From: a virus | Taxonomy: Duplodnaviria; Caudoviricetes | Length of the DNA stretch: 64,000 nt | Direction: 5' to 3' (one strand) | IMG/VR virus record: IMGVR_UViG_3300031992_000031 | Coordinates: 32,001 to 96,000 of that record | Shown: positions 25,949 to 37,099 of the stretch, one piece after another | Layout: each line of letters opens with the position of its first letter | How positions within the stretch are numbered: position 1 is the stretch's first letter | Position numbers and translations under genes: made by a program | The notes under the pieces: model-generated | Told to the model about the DNA's origin: nothing | Databases searched by the model: none | What the model saw: only the letters and a program-made list of their open reading frames with translations

Positions 25949-28846
25949 ATGGCGATTAATAAAGACTTGTATAAAGGCACATTTAAAAAATATAAAAATT
26001 TAATGTTTTATGATGGTCATGAAGTAGATTATTTTTACTTTTTATCTCTATTAACTTATACAGATAATGATCCAGATTATAATTCACTAGCTAACGAAAT
26101 TGTTATGCAGGGCGCCGCAGCATTAGCTAAGCCGCCATTATTCAGAGAAACTAATAGTAGCGAGATGCCAGCTTTAATGCAATTGCAAAAAGCTTTAGAA
26201 TTTTTATAGAAAGCGGTATAGTATGAGCGTACAAACGAAATTCAATATTTTAAATAGAAATTTGCCATCTTAAAAGATAGTTTTTCTGCTGAAGAAATGA
26301 AAGAAATTAAAGAAATTACACAGTTAGAAAAATTATTCGCAGACGGCGGAAAAGGCAAATTCGATTATAATTATATGATAGTATTAATTAATATATTAGA
26401 ATAGGGTTTAAAGTAGACAAAAACAGTAGCACAATATGAAGAGAATCGCATTACAACTATTGCATAGTAGATGGCAAAAATTAAACAATCACGTAGAAAA
26501 TAGCTAGATGGATTATGGAAAAAACAAAATGGCTTAGGAAAAAATGATACTATTAATTAGAATGATCCTAAATATATCGAATATATTAAAAAAGCCAATA
26601 AAAAATTTCATCGAAATATTGAAGTTTCATATGTAACACACGGTAATTTATCTTCTCCTCTTGATGATAAAAAACGTAAACGTATTTGGGGTGCAAAAAA
26701 ATATTTAGCAGATATTCCAAAAACAGTAGATGTTAAAGTAGGAGAGTGGATTACATCGCATATTCAAGAAATTTTTGAATCAGAAATATATATGAAACAA
26801 TTTGAAGAATTAGCTTCAGAATATTTATCCACTGGAAAAGCAAACACTTCTACTGTTCGAGAAATGCTAGTAAAATCAATAATCAATGACGGTGTAAAAC
26901 ATACGGTTGAAATTCTTGAAGGGGCTTATAAAGAGTTACCAACAGATGAATTTATTAAAACATTAGAAGAACAAATTCAAGAAACACGCGAATATAAAAT
27001 TTCTGGCTATTATTCTAATTTTGGACAATATGGTCGTCATTTAGATTTTTTTGACTCTAAAACATTAAAAAATGGACAAGAAGTCGCGGATGGTCTATAT
27101 GATGCATATAGTAATTTAATTAAAGAATTAACTAAGACAAACCATAAACGAACTAAAGAAGAAACACAGCTCATGGCCGCTGTCAAATAGCGTGGACATT
27201 TACAAACATACACTCGTATGATTTCTTTAATTAATAAATTAGAGTCCGCAGAAAGAAAATGGGATAAGTGGCAACAAGATATTGCCTCAGGTCGCAGAAA
27301 GCAAGATAAAATGACACAAATTAATTTAGGATCAGACGGATATGGTGGAGACGTAATTGTACAAGTAAAAATTACTGCTAAGGGTGTAGAATTTCTAGGA
27401 GAATATGAATCACAAGATAGCGGGCAAGTATTAAACAGTGCATTGAATAGAACCTCTTTAATGAGAAAGGTTGGCAACGGTAGAACAAAGGCTACTACAA
27501 TTAAAGGAGCTGTTACAGGATTAAAAACAAAAATGAGTCATAGTTTAAGAAATGATTTATCAACTTCTATCGCATTTATCATGGCAAATCCTAAAAATAA
27601 TAGAACATATGAGCAAGTTACAACTGCATTTGAAAAAGCCTTAACAGGATTAAAACTATCCGTAGGCGGCCCAAAATTATCAGAAATCGCTCCGGGTATA
27701 TTATAGGCAACAATACAAGGTACATTAGACGTACATCATCCAGGCTCAATAAATAGACGTAATGATATGATTACGATTACACTTCAATATAATAATATTC
27801 ATTTAGAATCAACATTAACAGAGATTATGAATCTACGCGCAGAAGAATTGGTAGATAGATTAGATCCAGAAATAGCAAATATATAGAAAAACTATATTAC
27901 AGATTTTGAACACAAGTTTTATCAAAAAATGAGTAAACTTAAAAGTACTGATGCAAACTATAATAGTTTAGCAGAAAATGAAAAAATCTGGTTTGAATAC
28001 TATCAAGAATAGTAGAAACGTTTAAAAGATATTTAGGAATTAGGAACCGAACTTGATAGTGAATGGGGTCAATATGTAGAAAATGCTAGAAAAGAAGGGC
28101 GATCTGAAGAAGAAATTAATGCACAGAGAATAACCATTTTAGAATCATTAAAAGATAGTTTCTTCATCTCTGATACTATGAAAACATACAATTAGTATCA
28201 AAATAATTTAGGCTTTGGTGGCGCAAGTTTAGGAGCAAGCGTAGAAGCGCAACTTGCTAATTTAAATACATTATTTACAAAAGCCGGATGTCCCATTTAG
28301 GACTCGGATTTATTATGGTTACGCAGTGCTATAATCAATTGTTCTCCTGTTAGCATCGTTGGTGAAAAAAATAAAAACATAATAGAAAATTATTTAAGTT
28401 CTATGGCGGCATTAGCAATGTTTGATGAAGGCAGTGCTGAGGCTCAAATTATTGATGATTTAAACAAAAAAGTAGAGGAGCGAGTAAAGACTAGCCCAAA
28501 TATTTTACATTTATACCGAGTAAATGGTATTTTTGTGCCAGGATCCGTTGTATTGTCGCGTACGATAGAAGAATTATCTAAATGTTTAGATGCTGGTACG
28601 CGCTCTTTAGATATGACGTTATCCAAACGTGGTGCTGGCGTTACAATTATTAATACGATGAATGAAGGATTAATTCCTAACAGGTCTACTACCAGTAAAC
28701 GTTATCCCGTGGAGGATACGGATCCATGGGGAACAGTAGCCAGTGCTACTGATTCACATGTAAAATTAAAAATAATGTTTTTAGCTGGTTTATTAGATAT
28801 AGTAAATGATATGAATAAAATTATGGGTAATATACAAGCACCGTAA
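25949..28846 (+). CDS. Large hypothetical protein (965 aa; ~17 in-frame TAG=Gln)
   Basis: ATG after GGAGGTG. Track ORFs 25919, 26792, 27218 and 28403 are one frame with no TAA/TGA until 28844. Confidence 0.8.
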
Positions 28847-28880
28847 TTTATTATATTTCTTCCAAAAGGAGGTGATACCA

Positions 28881-29318
28881 ATGTCAAAATTTACTGACTT
28901 CTTCATGGGTTTCAAACGTCGCTATGATGCATAGGTCATTCGCAACAAAAATATGGACGATTTTCTAGCAACCGCAAAAGATAACTTCGATAAAATTGGA
29001 AAGATGAATACCGCAATAGACAATATCGAAACAAAAGTAGGAACACTCGAATCCAAAGTTGATAACCTACAAACTAATATGACCGCTATGAGCGAACATT
29101 TGGAAGTTATCGGAAGAGGGACTAAAATTGAACTCCTAGAAACGCTACATCGGAGGAAAAAATTATTGACTGAACGAGGATGGAAGACTAAGGAAGAAAT
29201 GAAAGAAGTCGAAGAACTCTACGAATTATACAATAAAAAACTACAGGGTAATGGTTAGGGCACTGACTATTATAATGAAATATGCGCTCTACCTGAAAGA
29301 GAAATTCCAAATAATTGA
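28881..29318 (+). CDS. Coiled-coil protein resembling a lysis-cassette-associated phage family (2 TAG=Gln)
   Basis: AGGAGGTG RBS; C-terminal Y..L.GNG[Q]GT..Y..I..LP pattern (recalled similarity, unverified). Confidence 0.6.
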
Positions 29319-29368
29319 CATTTTGCTTAAATTATTGTATAATATATTTAAGTAAAGGAGGATATTGT

Positions 29369-29887
29369 ATGATACAAGAGAAGAGAAGCAAAGCGCAAAT
29401 TGCCCAACTTGAAATATATACAGATGGCTCATGTAAAAAGTTAGGAGCCAACGCAACATTTGGCGGCTGGAGCTTCATCGCTCTTCGTGGAGGAGAACGC
29501 ATTTATGAGGTTGCCGGAAGCGAATATGGGACCACAAACCAGCGTATGGAATTATTGGCGATACGCAATGCCTTAGAGTTCGCGCAAAAGAATCGGCATC
29601 CAAATGAAAATGTTATTATTTATAGCGATTCAGCTTATGCTATTAATTGCTATACACAAGAATGGTATACTAATTGGCAACGTAATGGTTGGACCAATTC
29701 TAAGGGTGAAGATGTAGCGAATCAAGATCTTTGGATTGAAATAATTCCATATTTTGACAACTTTTGGTATCATTTTTCTAAGGTTAAAGGCCACGGTTCT
29801 AATTATTGGAATAATGAATGCGACCGATTGGCTCAAATAGAATCTCAACAACTAAAAGATAATTTTAAAGGAGAAAACAATGGATAA
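29369..29887 (+). CDS. rnhA: Ribonuclease HI
   Basis: IYTDGSC, TTNQRMEL, YSDSAY, KVKGH, NECDRLA. Confidence 0.92.
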   Translation: MIQEKRSKAQIAQLEIYTDGSCKKLGANATFGGWSFIALRGGERIYEVAGSEYGTTNQRMELLAIRNALEFAQKNRHPNENVIIYSDSAYAINCYTQEWYTNWQRNGWTNSKGEDVANQDLWIEIIPYFDNFWYHFSKVKGHGSNYWNNECDRLAQIESQQLKDNFKGENNG

Positions 29888-30206
29888 TAGTATTTATGAA
29901 GTTGAACGTGATGATTATGCTGGTTTTATTGGTCAGCTTAATAAAGAAATGATGGACGTAGAACAGTATTATGAAGAAAATACTACTATTGTTAAAATTA
30001 AAAGTAAAAATACTGGCGTCCATTTATGTACTCGAATTATTCCAGAAGATGGAAATGAACATTATTACATTTTTAGTATGCCCGCTGATGATGAGCGAGT
30101 CGCGCCAAAACCAATACTAAAAGTAACACTTAATGATAGAGAAGAAGTTCAAGCTTTCTTCAATGCTTTAAGTCAAATACAATCGGAGGCACATAAAAAT
30201 GACTGA
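29880..30206 (+). CDS. hypothetical protein
   Basis: Coupled ORF with RBS. Confidence 0.65.
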   Translation: MDNSIYEVERDDYAGFIGQLNKEMMDVEQYYEENTTIVKIKSKNTGVHLCTRIIPEDGNEHYYIFSMPADDERVAPKPILKVTLNDREEVQAFFNALSQIQSEAHKND

Positions 30207-30408
30207 ATTATTTACTAATATTCCTGGCGATACAAAAAATCTTGCTACCACTATTTGGGATCTAGCTTACGCTCAGAAAAACCCAGTAGCTGCAGCAAAT
30301 TTTTTACACAATGCCACAGAATATTATAGAAATATATTATCTGATGAAGAGATAGAATTTCTCCAGTTCTATTTCAATTTACAGATGGAGATGATGAATG
30401 ATGAATAA
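30199..30408 (+). CDS. hypothetical protein
   Basis: Coupled ORF with RBS. Confidence 0.6.
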   Translation: MTELFTNIPGDTKNLATTIWDLAYAQKNPVAAANFLHNATEYYRNILSDEEIEFLQFYFNLQMEMMNDE

Positions 30409-30961
30409 TACAATAATTATTAGCGGCAAAGCAGGTAGTGGAAAAGATACAGTAGCTCAATTTATGAAAGAAGAATTAGAAAAGCGTGGCAAGCGCGTAC
30501 TAGTAATCCATTATGGAGACGCGGTTAAATGGGTTCTTCGAGAATTCTTTAATTGGGATGGACAAAAAGATGCGGTAGGTCGCACGCTATTACAGCGTAT
30601 TGGAACAGATGTAGTTCGCGCGCAATTTCCTAATTTTTGGACAGGAATAGTTGTCGGATTACTTAAAGCCTTTGAGCCATATAGTGACTTTGATATCGCA
30701 TTAGTACCAGATGCTCGCTTTCCTAACGAAGTAGATATAGCATTAGACACATTACAAAATTGCGTAGCGGTACGAATTGATCGTAGAAATGCTGACGGAA
30801 GTGAGTGGATTAACCCTAAATTAACTGATGAACAGCGGCAGCATCCTAGTGAAACTTCATTAGATTGCTATGCTTTTGATTATGTAATTCATAATGATGA
30901 AGGTCTTAATACACTTGAAGAAAGTGCTCAATCTATACTAAAAGATCTAAAATTGATTTAA
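30398..30961 (+). CDS. Deoxynucleoside monophosphate kinase
   Basis: GKAGSGKD, RTLLQRIGT, DARFPNE, HPSE. Confidence 0.85.
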   Translation: MMNNTIIISGKAGSGKDTVAQFMKEELEKRGKRVLVIHYGDAVKWVLREFFNWDGQKDAVGRTLLQRIGTDVVRAQFPNFWTGIVVGLLKAFEPYSDFDIALVPDARFPNEVDIALDTLQNCVAVRIDRRNADGSEWINPKLTDEQRQHPSETSLDCYAFDYVIHNDEGLNTLEESAQSILKDLKLI

Positions 30962-30970
30962 GGAGAAAAT

Positions 30971-32104
30971 ATGATTAATTATTTTACTAGTGAACCAATG
31001 AAGTATTTTGCTCCACCTTCTACTATGAGTGCGGAGGTAAGACGTGCCAAATTAGAACAAATGGTAGATAGTGGTAATTATCTTTTTGGATTAAAAACAG
31101 ACGGGAATTGGTCTCGTGCTGTAATTACACCTGAGCGTCAAGCATTACAGACTCGTGGTATTTCCACTGTTACTAAAACTTATGGAGAAATACAGGATAA
31201 AGTATTTTTCTGGGATGAAGTTTGTAGCGCTTTTAAAGACACCACAGTTATTCTTGGAGAAGTATATTTACCGGGCGCGATTGATAAAGACGTAGGTTCT
31301 ATCTTACGTTGCTTAACTCCCAAAGCAATAGCACGACAGAAAAATAATCCATTAAAATGGCGTATATTTGATGTCCTTGCTTTGGATGGAGAAGATTATA
31401 TGAACGTTAGCTTTGAAGAACGCATTCAATTGATACCAACGGTAGTAAAACGTATTAATTCTTCCCTCGTAGAAGGCGTAACATATTATGAAATGGATGA
31501 TACATTTTTTGATAAAATGGGCGAGATTTTCGCAACGGGTGGAGAAGGCGCAGTATGCTATCGAAAAGATTCGATATATATTCCCGGGAAGCGCGGTCCG
31601 CACGCATGGGATACCTGTAAAGTAAAACAGGAAATTGCCTCAGAAATTGATGCCTTTATTATGAGTACAGTCCCTGGCGAAAAACTATATAATGGTAAAG
31701 ATTTACCTACATGGCAATTATGGGAAAATCACCGCACCGGAGAAAAGGTTGTTGGTACATATTTTGGAGAGTATCAACTTGGCGGTTCATATATCCCTGT
31801 ATCAAAAAATTACTTTAATAATTGGCCCGCCGCGATTCAGGTCGGCGTTTATGATAGAAATGGAAATGAAGTACCATTGTGTAAAGTATCAGGATTAACA
31901 GAAGAATTTAAGACTTCTTTACGCGATGATCCTAATAGATGGATTGGTTGTCCTGTTACTATTGGTGGCATGATGGTTTCATCAGCTAAGGCAGATTCAG
32001 AAGGAAATGGTATCTCTATTCGCCATCCGCTTTTGAAACGAATTAGAGAGGGCGATTTACTAAAAGAAGATTGTACTTTAGCGAAAATATTTAATGAGGC
32101 GTAA
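30971..32104 (+). CDS. ATP-dependent DNA ligase
   Basis: KTDGN, GEVY, FDVL, EGAV, KVK, IRHP. Confidence 0.85.
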   Translation: MINYFTSEPMKYFAPPSTMSAEVRRAKLEQMVDSGNYLFGLKTDGNWSRAVITPERQALQTRGISTVTKTYGEIQDKVFFWDEVCSAFKDTTVILGEVYLPGAIDKDVGSILRCLTPKAIARQKNNPLKWRIFDVLALDGEDYMNVSFEERIQLIPTVVKRINSSLVEGVTYYEMDDTFFDKMGEIFATGGEGAVCYRKDSIYIPGKRGPHAWDTCKVKQEIASEIDAFIMSTVPGEKLYNGKDLPTWQLWENHRTGEKVVGTYFGEYQLGGSYIPVSKNYFNNWPAAIQVGVYDRNGNEVPLCKVSGLTEEFKTSLRDDPNRWIGCPVTIGGMMVSSAKADSEGNGISIRHPLLKRIREGDLLKEDCTLAKIFNEA

Positions 32105-32122
32105 TTGCCGAAGGAGGTTTGT

Positions 32123-32728
32123 ATGGATTTAGATGAACTATTTAATACTATGCAAACATATGGATTTGATCCTATGATTTATCAATATTTTAATCAACTA
32201 ATGAATCATAGGACTATCATATTTAATTGTGATGTATAGGAAGATATTATAGAGAAGGTATATATTCCTCTGAGAGAATTTGAAAATGATGATTCCAATG
32301 AACCAGTTACTATTATTATGAATAGTAGCGGCGGCTCTGTTTCTGATGGTTTCTTTCTTGCTCATTACATTTCTCAGTATTCTAAACCACTAAATATTAT
32401 CGTGCCTGGGTATGCTTGTTCAATGGCAGCTGTAATATTAGCTGGCGGCGGTAAAAATGAAAATGTAATTAGGAGTTGTTTTCCCTGTTCTTATGCTTTA
32501 ATTCATGATGGCTACGTGGCGTTATCGGCACAAGAAACAAAAACTGCGAATGATATCATGGCATTTAATGATAATATTGATAAACAAATTAGGCAGTTTT
32601 TTATTGATAATACCAATATTACAGAGGAAGAATATGATTCTCATAGTCGTCGTCAATGGTTTTTAAATGCGCAGCAAATGTTAGATACAGGACTAATTGA
32701 CAAAGTTTATGGGAAAACTAAGGAGTGA
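32123..32728 (+). CDS. ClpP-family protease (one TAG=Gln)
   Basis: INS-like MNSSGGSV, ACSMAA, LIHD; upstream in-frame ATG after AGGAGG. Confidence 0.8.
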
Positions 32729-32732
32729 GATT

Positions 32733-33968
32733 ATGATTACTCGTTGGGCTGATACATCAGCCTTATTACATTAGGACGGCCTAATTAATCCATAGGCTGA
32801 TTTAACAATAAGTACAATTACAATAAAAGAATTAGAGCATATTAAAAACGGTAATGATGATAGGGTTAAGTTTAAAGCGCGTGAAGCTGTACGATCAATT
32901 TTAACTTCTAATAAGTTTAATGTGGTATTATCAGATAATAAAAAAATTGATAAAATGCTTAAAAAATATTCATTTTTAAGCGACATACCAGACCATCGTA
33001 TTCTTTGCGCCGCAGAAATCGAAGCTATTGAATAGAATAAAAATATTATATTCTTAACCAGCGATGCTTTATAGTATCTATTTGCTATGCATATGCCGCA
33101 CCTTGAAGCAGTATATCCAATGGGTACTGAATTGATTGAGAAATACGAAGACGAGTGGGCTGGTTGGGGTAAATATTATCCAACAGAAAAAGACATGGCT
33201 TTACTTTATGCCGATCCAAAAATCAATAGTTTAAGATGCAAAACAAATGAATTTGCTGAAATATATGATGGTAGTCAATTAAAGGATTTAGTGTTTTGGA
33301 CTGGACAAGAATATAGACCTTTAAAATATAAAGAAATTAAAAGTGATTTCTTAGGCCAAACTATTCGTCCATTAAACATTGAATAGAAAATGGCTTTTGA
33401 CCTTTTACAAAATCCTAATATTCCAGTAAAACTTCTAACTGGTGTCCCTGGCAGCGGAAAAGATTTTCTAATGTTTTTACACGCTTGGGATCTAGTATAG
33501 AAAGGTAAAAAAGATAAAATTATTTTTATTCGTAATCTAGTGCCATTCAAAGATGCGCCCGAAATTGGATTCCTTGAAGGATCCTTACAAAAGAAAATTG
33601 AATGGGGTCTTGGCCCTATCGCTAGCATATTAGGTGAAGAAGGCTTAAAAATGGCAGAAGATGCTGGGCAAATTGAAGCAGTTAATTTAGGTTTTATTCG
33701 CGGAATGAGCTGGGATAATGTAATTTTATATGTTTCAGAAGGACAAAATATTACTGGTGGTGGCTATAAATTATTAGTTAGCCGCTGTGGAAAAGGAACA
33801 GAATTGTGGATTAATGGTGATACATTACAAACAGATGGCAAAAAATTTGAAAGTAATAATGGTATTGAACGTATGTTAAGAGCATGGAGTGGAAATAAAT
33901 TATTTGGCACTGTAAAAATGTTAAAAACGGAGCGTTCGGTCGTGGCCGAATTAGCTTCGTCTTTATAA
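32733..33968 (+). CDS. PIN + PhoH-family ATPase (6 TAG=Gln)
   Basis: DTSALL (PIN), PLNIE[Q]KMA, GVPGSGK, IGFLEGS, FIRG, GDTLQ. Confidence 0.85.
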
Positions 33969-34085
33969 GTGGGCGAATGCCCTCGGACCGTTACCATTTG
34001 GGACAATTCAATAGAATTGTCCCTCTTTTTTTATTTGACTTTTTTCTAAATTCATGATATAATAAAGAAAAATGGAGGAATAAAA

Positions 34086-34388
34086 ATGGATTATAAGTAT
34101 TTTACTACATTCTGGTCTGACTTCAGTATTGCTGAACACTTTGGTAAAACCGCGATTGAAGACACAGCTAAGCGAGCATATGAAGAGTGGAAAGATGATG
34201 TACCATACCTAACTGAATTGGTAATGGTTATCAATCACAAATGCTGGGATCATTATCGCAATGGCAATAATACGTTATCTAGTCTTTATGGTGATATGTA
34301 TTATGAATATTATGATAAAGCTATTGATTACTTAGATAAGAATGGTAGTAAAGATCAAATAAGCTATTTTATTCAGACATTAGATTAA
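34086..34388 (+). CDS. hypothetical phage protein
   Basis: ORF after promoter and RBS. Confidence 0.65.
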   Translation: MDYKYFTTFWSDFSIAEHFGKTAIEDTAKRAYEEWKDDVPYLTELVMVINHKCWDHYRNGNNTLSSLYGDMYYEYYDKAIDYLDKNGSKDQISYFIQTLD

Positions 34389-34556
34389 GGAGAAAAGATA
34401 TGGAGAACTTTTATGACAAACTAATTGATGAATACTTTAATCGTCACCCAGATGCAGGACTCGCTTGGTGGATGCTACCACTTGAACAGCAACCTGAAGG
34501 TTTCAAGCAAGAAATGTATGATATTCTTTGGGATTTGACGCATAAGGAGGATAAGG

Positions 34557-35183
34557 ATGAATAAAAAACCACTTGGATATTTAGGTGGAGACATCATGAC
34601 ACACGGCTCTAATCTTGCTCGACAAGAAGAATATGACAAATTTAAAGAGGCTCATATTCCAGGAGAAGTATATAGCCCAGTTCAGAACAAATCTATTAAT
34701 GACAAATCTAATATGACAGAAGAGGAGAATAATCATTTAGCAGAAAAGATTGTTGCCGCCGATGTAGAACGTTTATGGAATAGTGATTATACTGTTCTAT
34801 GCCCTGAACAGAGCGCTATTGGTACAATGTGTGAAATGGGCATTCTTTATGGATGGAAGTATATGGCAGACAAACTATTAAAAATACTAGAACAAGCTGA
34901 AAAAGAGAATTGGACAACTGAAGATTATGAATTTAAGTTGGAACAAGAAATTAAGCGTATAGTAAATAAAAAGAATTATGCCCATTATTTTGATATTCGT
35001 ACAAATCATCTAAATGAAAAAGATTGGCGCCGTAGTTTTTCTATTAATCAATTTCTTTATGGAATTATTCTCGCGGCAACTGCTGACGGAACATTACATA
35101 ATTCCTTTGATGAAATTCTTCCTCTTCTACAGAAAGAATATATTAAAGAAGAACAACTAACATTTGAAACAGATTGGAGGTAA
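34557..35183 (+). CDS. Nucleoside 2-deoxyribosyltransferase-like protein
   Basis: YLGG, YSP, D...L..SD, GTMCEMG. Confidence 0.65.
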   Translation: MNKKPLGYLGGDIMTHGSNLARQEEYDKFKEAHIPGEVYSPVQNKSINDKSNMTEEENNHLAEKIVAADVERLWNSDYTVLCPEQSAIGTMCEMGILYGWKYMADKLLKILEQAEKENWTTEDYEFKLEQEIKRIVNKKNYAHYFDIRTNHLNEKDWRRSFSINQFLYGIILAATADGTLHNSFDEILPLLQKEYIKEEQLTFETDWR

Positions 35184-35187
35184 TAAT

Positions 35188-35565
35188 ATGACACTAAATG
35201 ATAAAGTTAAGGTTGGAGATGCAACCACTAGTACAAGTACATCTACTACCACTTCTCAATGGTAGACTTATAATCCTTATAAAGCAGAGAAGGGCTGGGA
35301 ATGCCCACGCTGTGGCCGCATTAACGCACCTTGGGTAAGACAATGTGATTGTTCTAGAAGTTATGAAAAATGGGATATTACTTGGAACAAAGATGATTAT
35401 ACAAAACCCTGGTGGTATGATTATAAAGTTACTTGTAATGGAACTCCTATATAGACACAAACGGAATCTACTGTATATCAAGTTGACGGTAGCAATTGTA
35501 AAGATTCAGTTACTGGGACTTGGGTAAATGTTCCAAAAACTTATACTAATTCAGTAAAGGGGTAA
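35188..35565 (+). CDS. Small Zn-finger protein (2 TAG=Gln; absent from ORF track)
   Basis: GGAGG RBS; GWECPRCGRINAPWVRQCDC. Confidence 0.7.
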
Positions 35566-35570
35566 ATATT

Positions 35571-36857
35571 ATGTTATATGGAATTAATGATAAACTTCCT
35601 GCAAAACGACTATTCGTGGCTGCGATGCAACAGGTTATTGCTTGCTTTGTAGCTACAGTACTAATTCCACAGATTTGTGGAGTACCCATCGCACCAGCTA
35701 TGTTAGGCGCTGCTTTAGGCACATTGTTATATCAGCTATTTACTAAAGGCCAATCGCCAATGTTTATTAGCTCCTCTGGTGCCTTTGTCGCGGCAGTACT
35801 TGGCGCCTTAGCACTTGGAACTGCACCTAATTATCTTGCAGTATTTATTGGTGGTCTAATTGTATGTCTTGTATATTTTGCTGTAGGCTTAGCAATTAAT
35901 CACTTTGGTACCGCTTGGATTAATAAAGTATTACCACCAGTAGTAATCGGTCCTATTGTTGCTGTTATTGGCCTTAATTTGGCGACCTTCATTCCTACGT
36001 ACTTTCAGATTAATGGACAGTATAGCCTAATTGGATTTGGACTAGGTATGCTAACACTAATTATTACAGCTTTAATTTCTCACTATGGAAAGGGATTTAT
36101 TAAGAATCTACCTTTCCTTGTGGCTATTCTTATTGTATATGCTTTCGCAGCCTTGCTAACAGTATGCGGAGTTAAAATTATTGACTTCAGTGTATTTAAT
36201 GGAGTAAAACTATTCCAGCTACCGGACTTTGCTTTCCTACATTTTAGTACTTGGGATTGGGGCTATCTGCCGCAAATTCTTCTACTGTTCCTACCGTTAA
36301 GTCTTGTTACGATTTGTGAGCATACGTCAGACCATAAGGCATTAAGTGCTGTAATCGGAACTGATTTAACACAAAAACCCGGTCTCGGACATACTCTCAT
36401 GGGTGATGGTGCGGCTACAGCTCTTGGCACTCTAATTGGTGCGACCCCGAACACCAGTTACGGGGAGTCTGTTGGTACCACAGGTTTTAGTAAGATTTGT
36501 TCTAAATATGTAATTACATTAGCTGCAATCATTATGGGTATTGCCGCATTTATTGGTCCTCTTCAAGCATTCCTTGTAAGTATTCCCAGTGCAATTTTTG
36601 GTGGTTGTGCGGCCATTCTCTATGGTTACATTACCCTATCTGGTATTCGTACTATAAAGGATAGTAATATCGACCTTAATGATAATAAGAATGTTACTAT
36701 TATCGCGGCTGTATTAACACTTGGTGTTTCCGGCGCGGTTTGTAACTTTGGAGTAGTAAGTATTGGAACTACAGCACTTGCTATGCTGGTAGGTATTGTG
36801 CTCAACCTAATTCTAAAGGAGAAAAATAATGGAGAGAGGATTGAGAGCAAAAACTAA
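35571..36857 (+). CDS. Uracil/xanthine permease (NCS2, UraA/PyrP-like)
   Basis: Multi-TM protein; SSSGAF, PPVVIGP, NCS2 signature region NTSYGES. Confidence 0.9.
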   Translation: MLYGINDKLPAKRLFVAAMQQVIACFVATVLIPQICGVPIAPAMLGAALGTLLYQLFTKGQSPMFISSSGAFVAAVLGALALGTAPNYLAVFIGGLIVCLVYFAVGLAINHFGTAWINKVLPPVVIGPIVAVIGLNLATFIPTYFQINGQYSLIGFGLGMLTLIITALISHYGKGFIKNLPFLVAILIVYAFAALLTVCGVKIIDFSVFNGVKLFQLPDFAFLHFSTWDWGYLPQILLLFLPLSLVTICEHTSDHKALSAVIGTDLTQKPGLGHTLMGDGAATALGTLIGATPNTSYGESVGTTGFSKICSKYVITLAAIIMGIAAFIGPLQAFLVSIPSAIFGGCAAILYGYITLSGIRTIKDSNIDLNDNKNVTIIAAVLTLGVSGAVCNFGVVSIGTTALAMLVGIVLNLILKEKNNGERIESKN

Positions 36858-37026
36858 TATTATTGAAGATACATCTACAATAGATATTAAAGATCTATTC
36901 GATAAATTAGGAATTGAAATAAAAGATGAAACTACTAAAGTTCTTACCAAATTAAGTGAAGAATGGGATTCTTTTTCACAGGAAGATAAAGATAAACTTA
37001 TTGATACTATTTGTAAATTACCTAAT

Positions 37027-37066
37027 TAAATTTGAGGAGTTGAAATCTCAACTCCTCATATTTGAC
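37027..37066 (+). repeat. Terminator+promoter cassette repeat (copies at 37927-37966 and ~38285-38325)
   Basis: TAAATTTGAGGAGTTGAAA..TCAAC.CCTC.TATTTGAC shared between copies. Confidence 0.7.
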
Positions 37067-37099
37067 AAATGATAAAAATTATATTATAATTTATATAGA

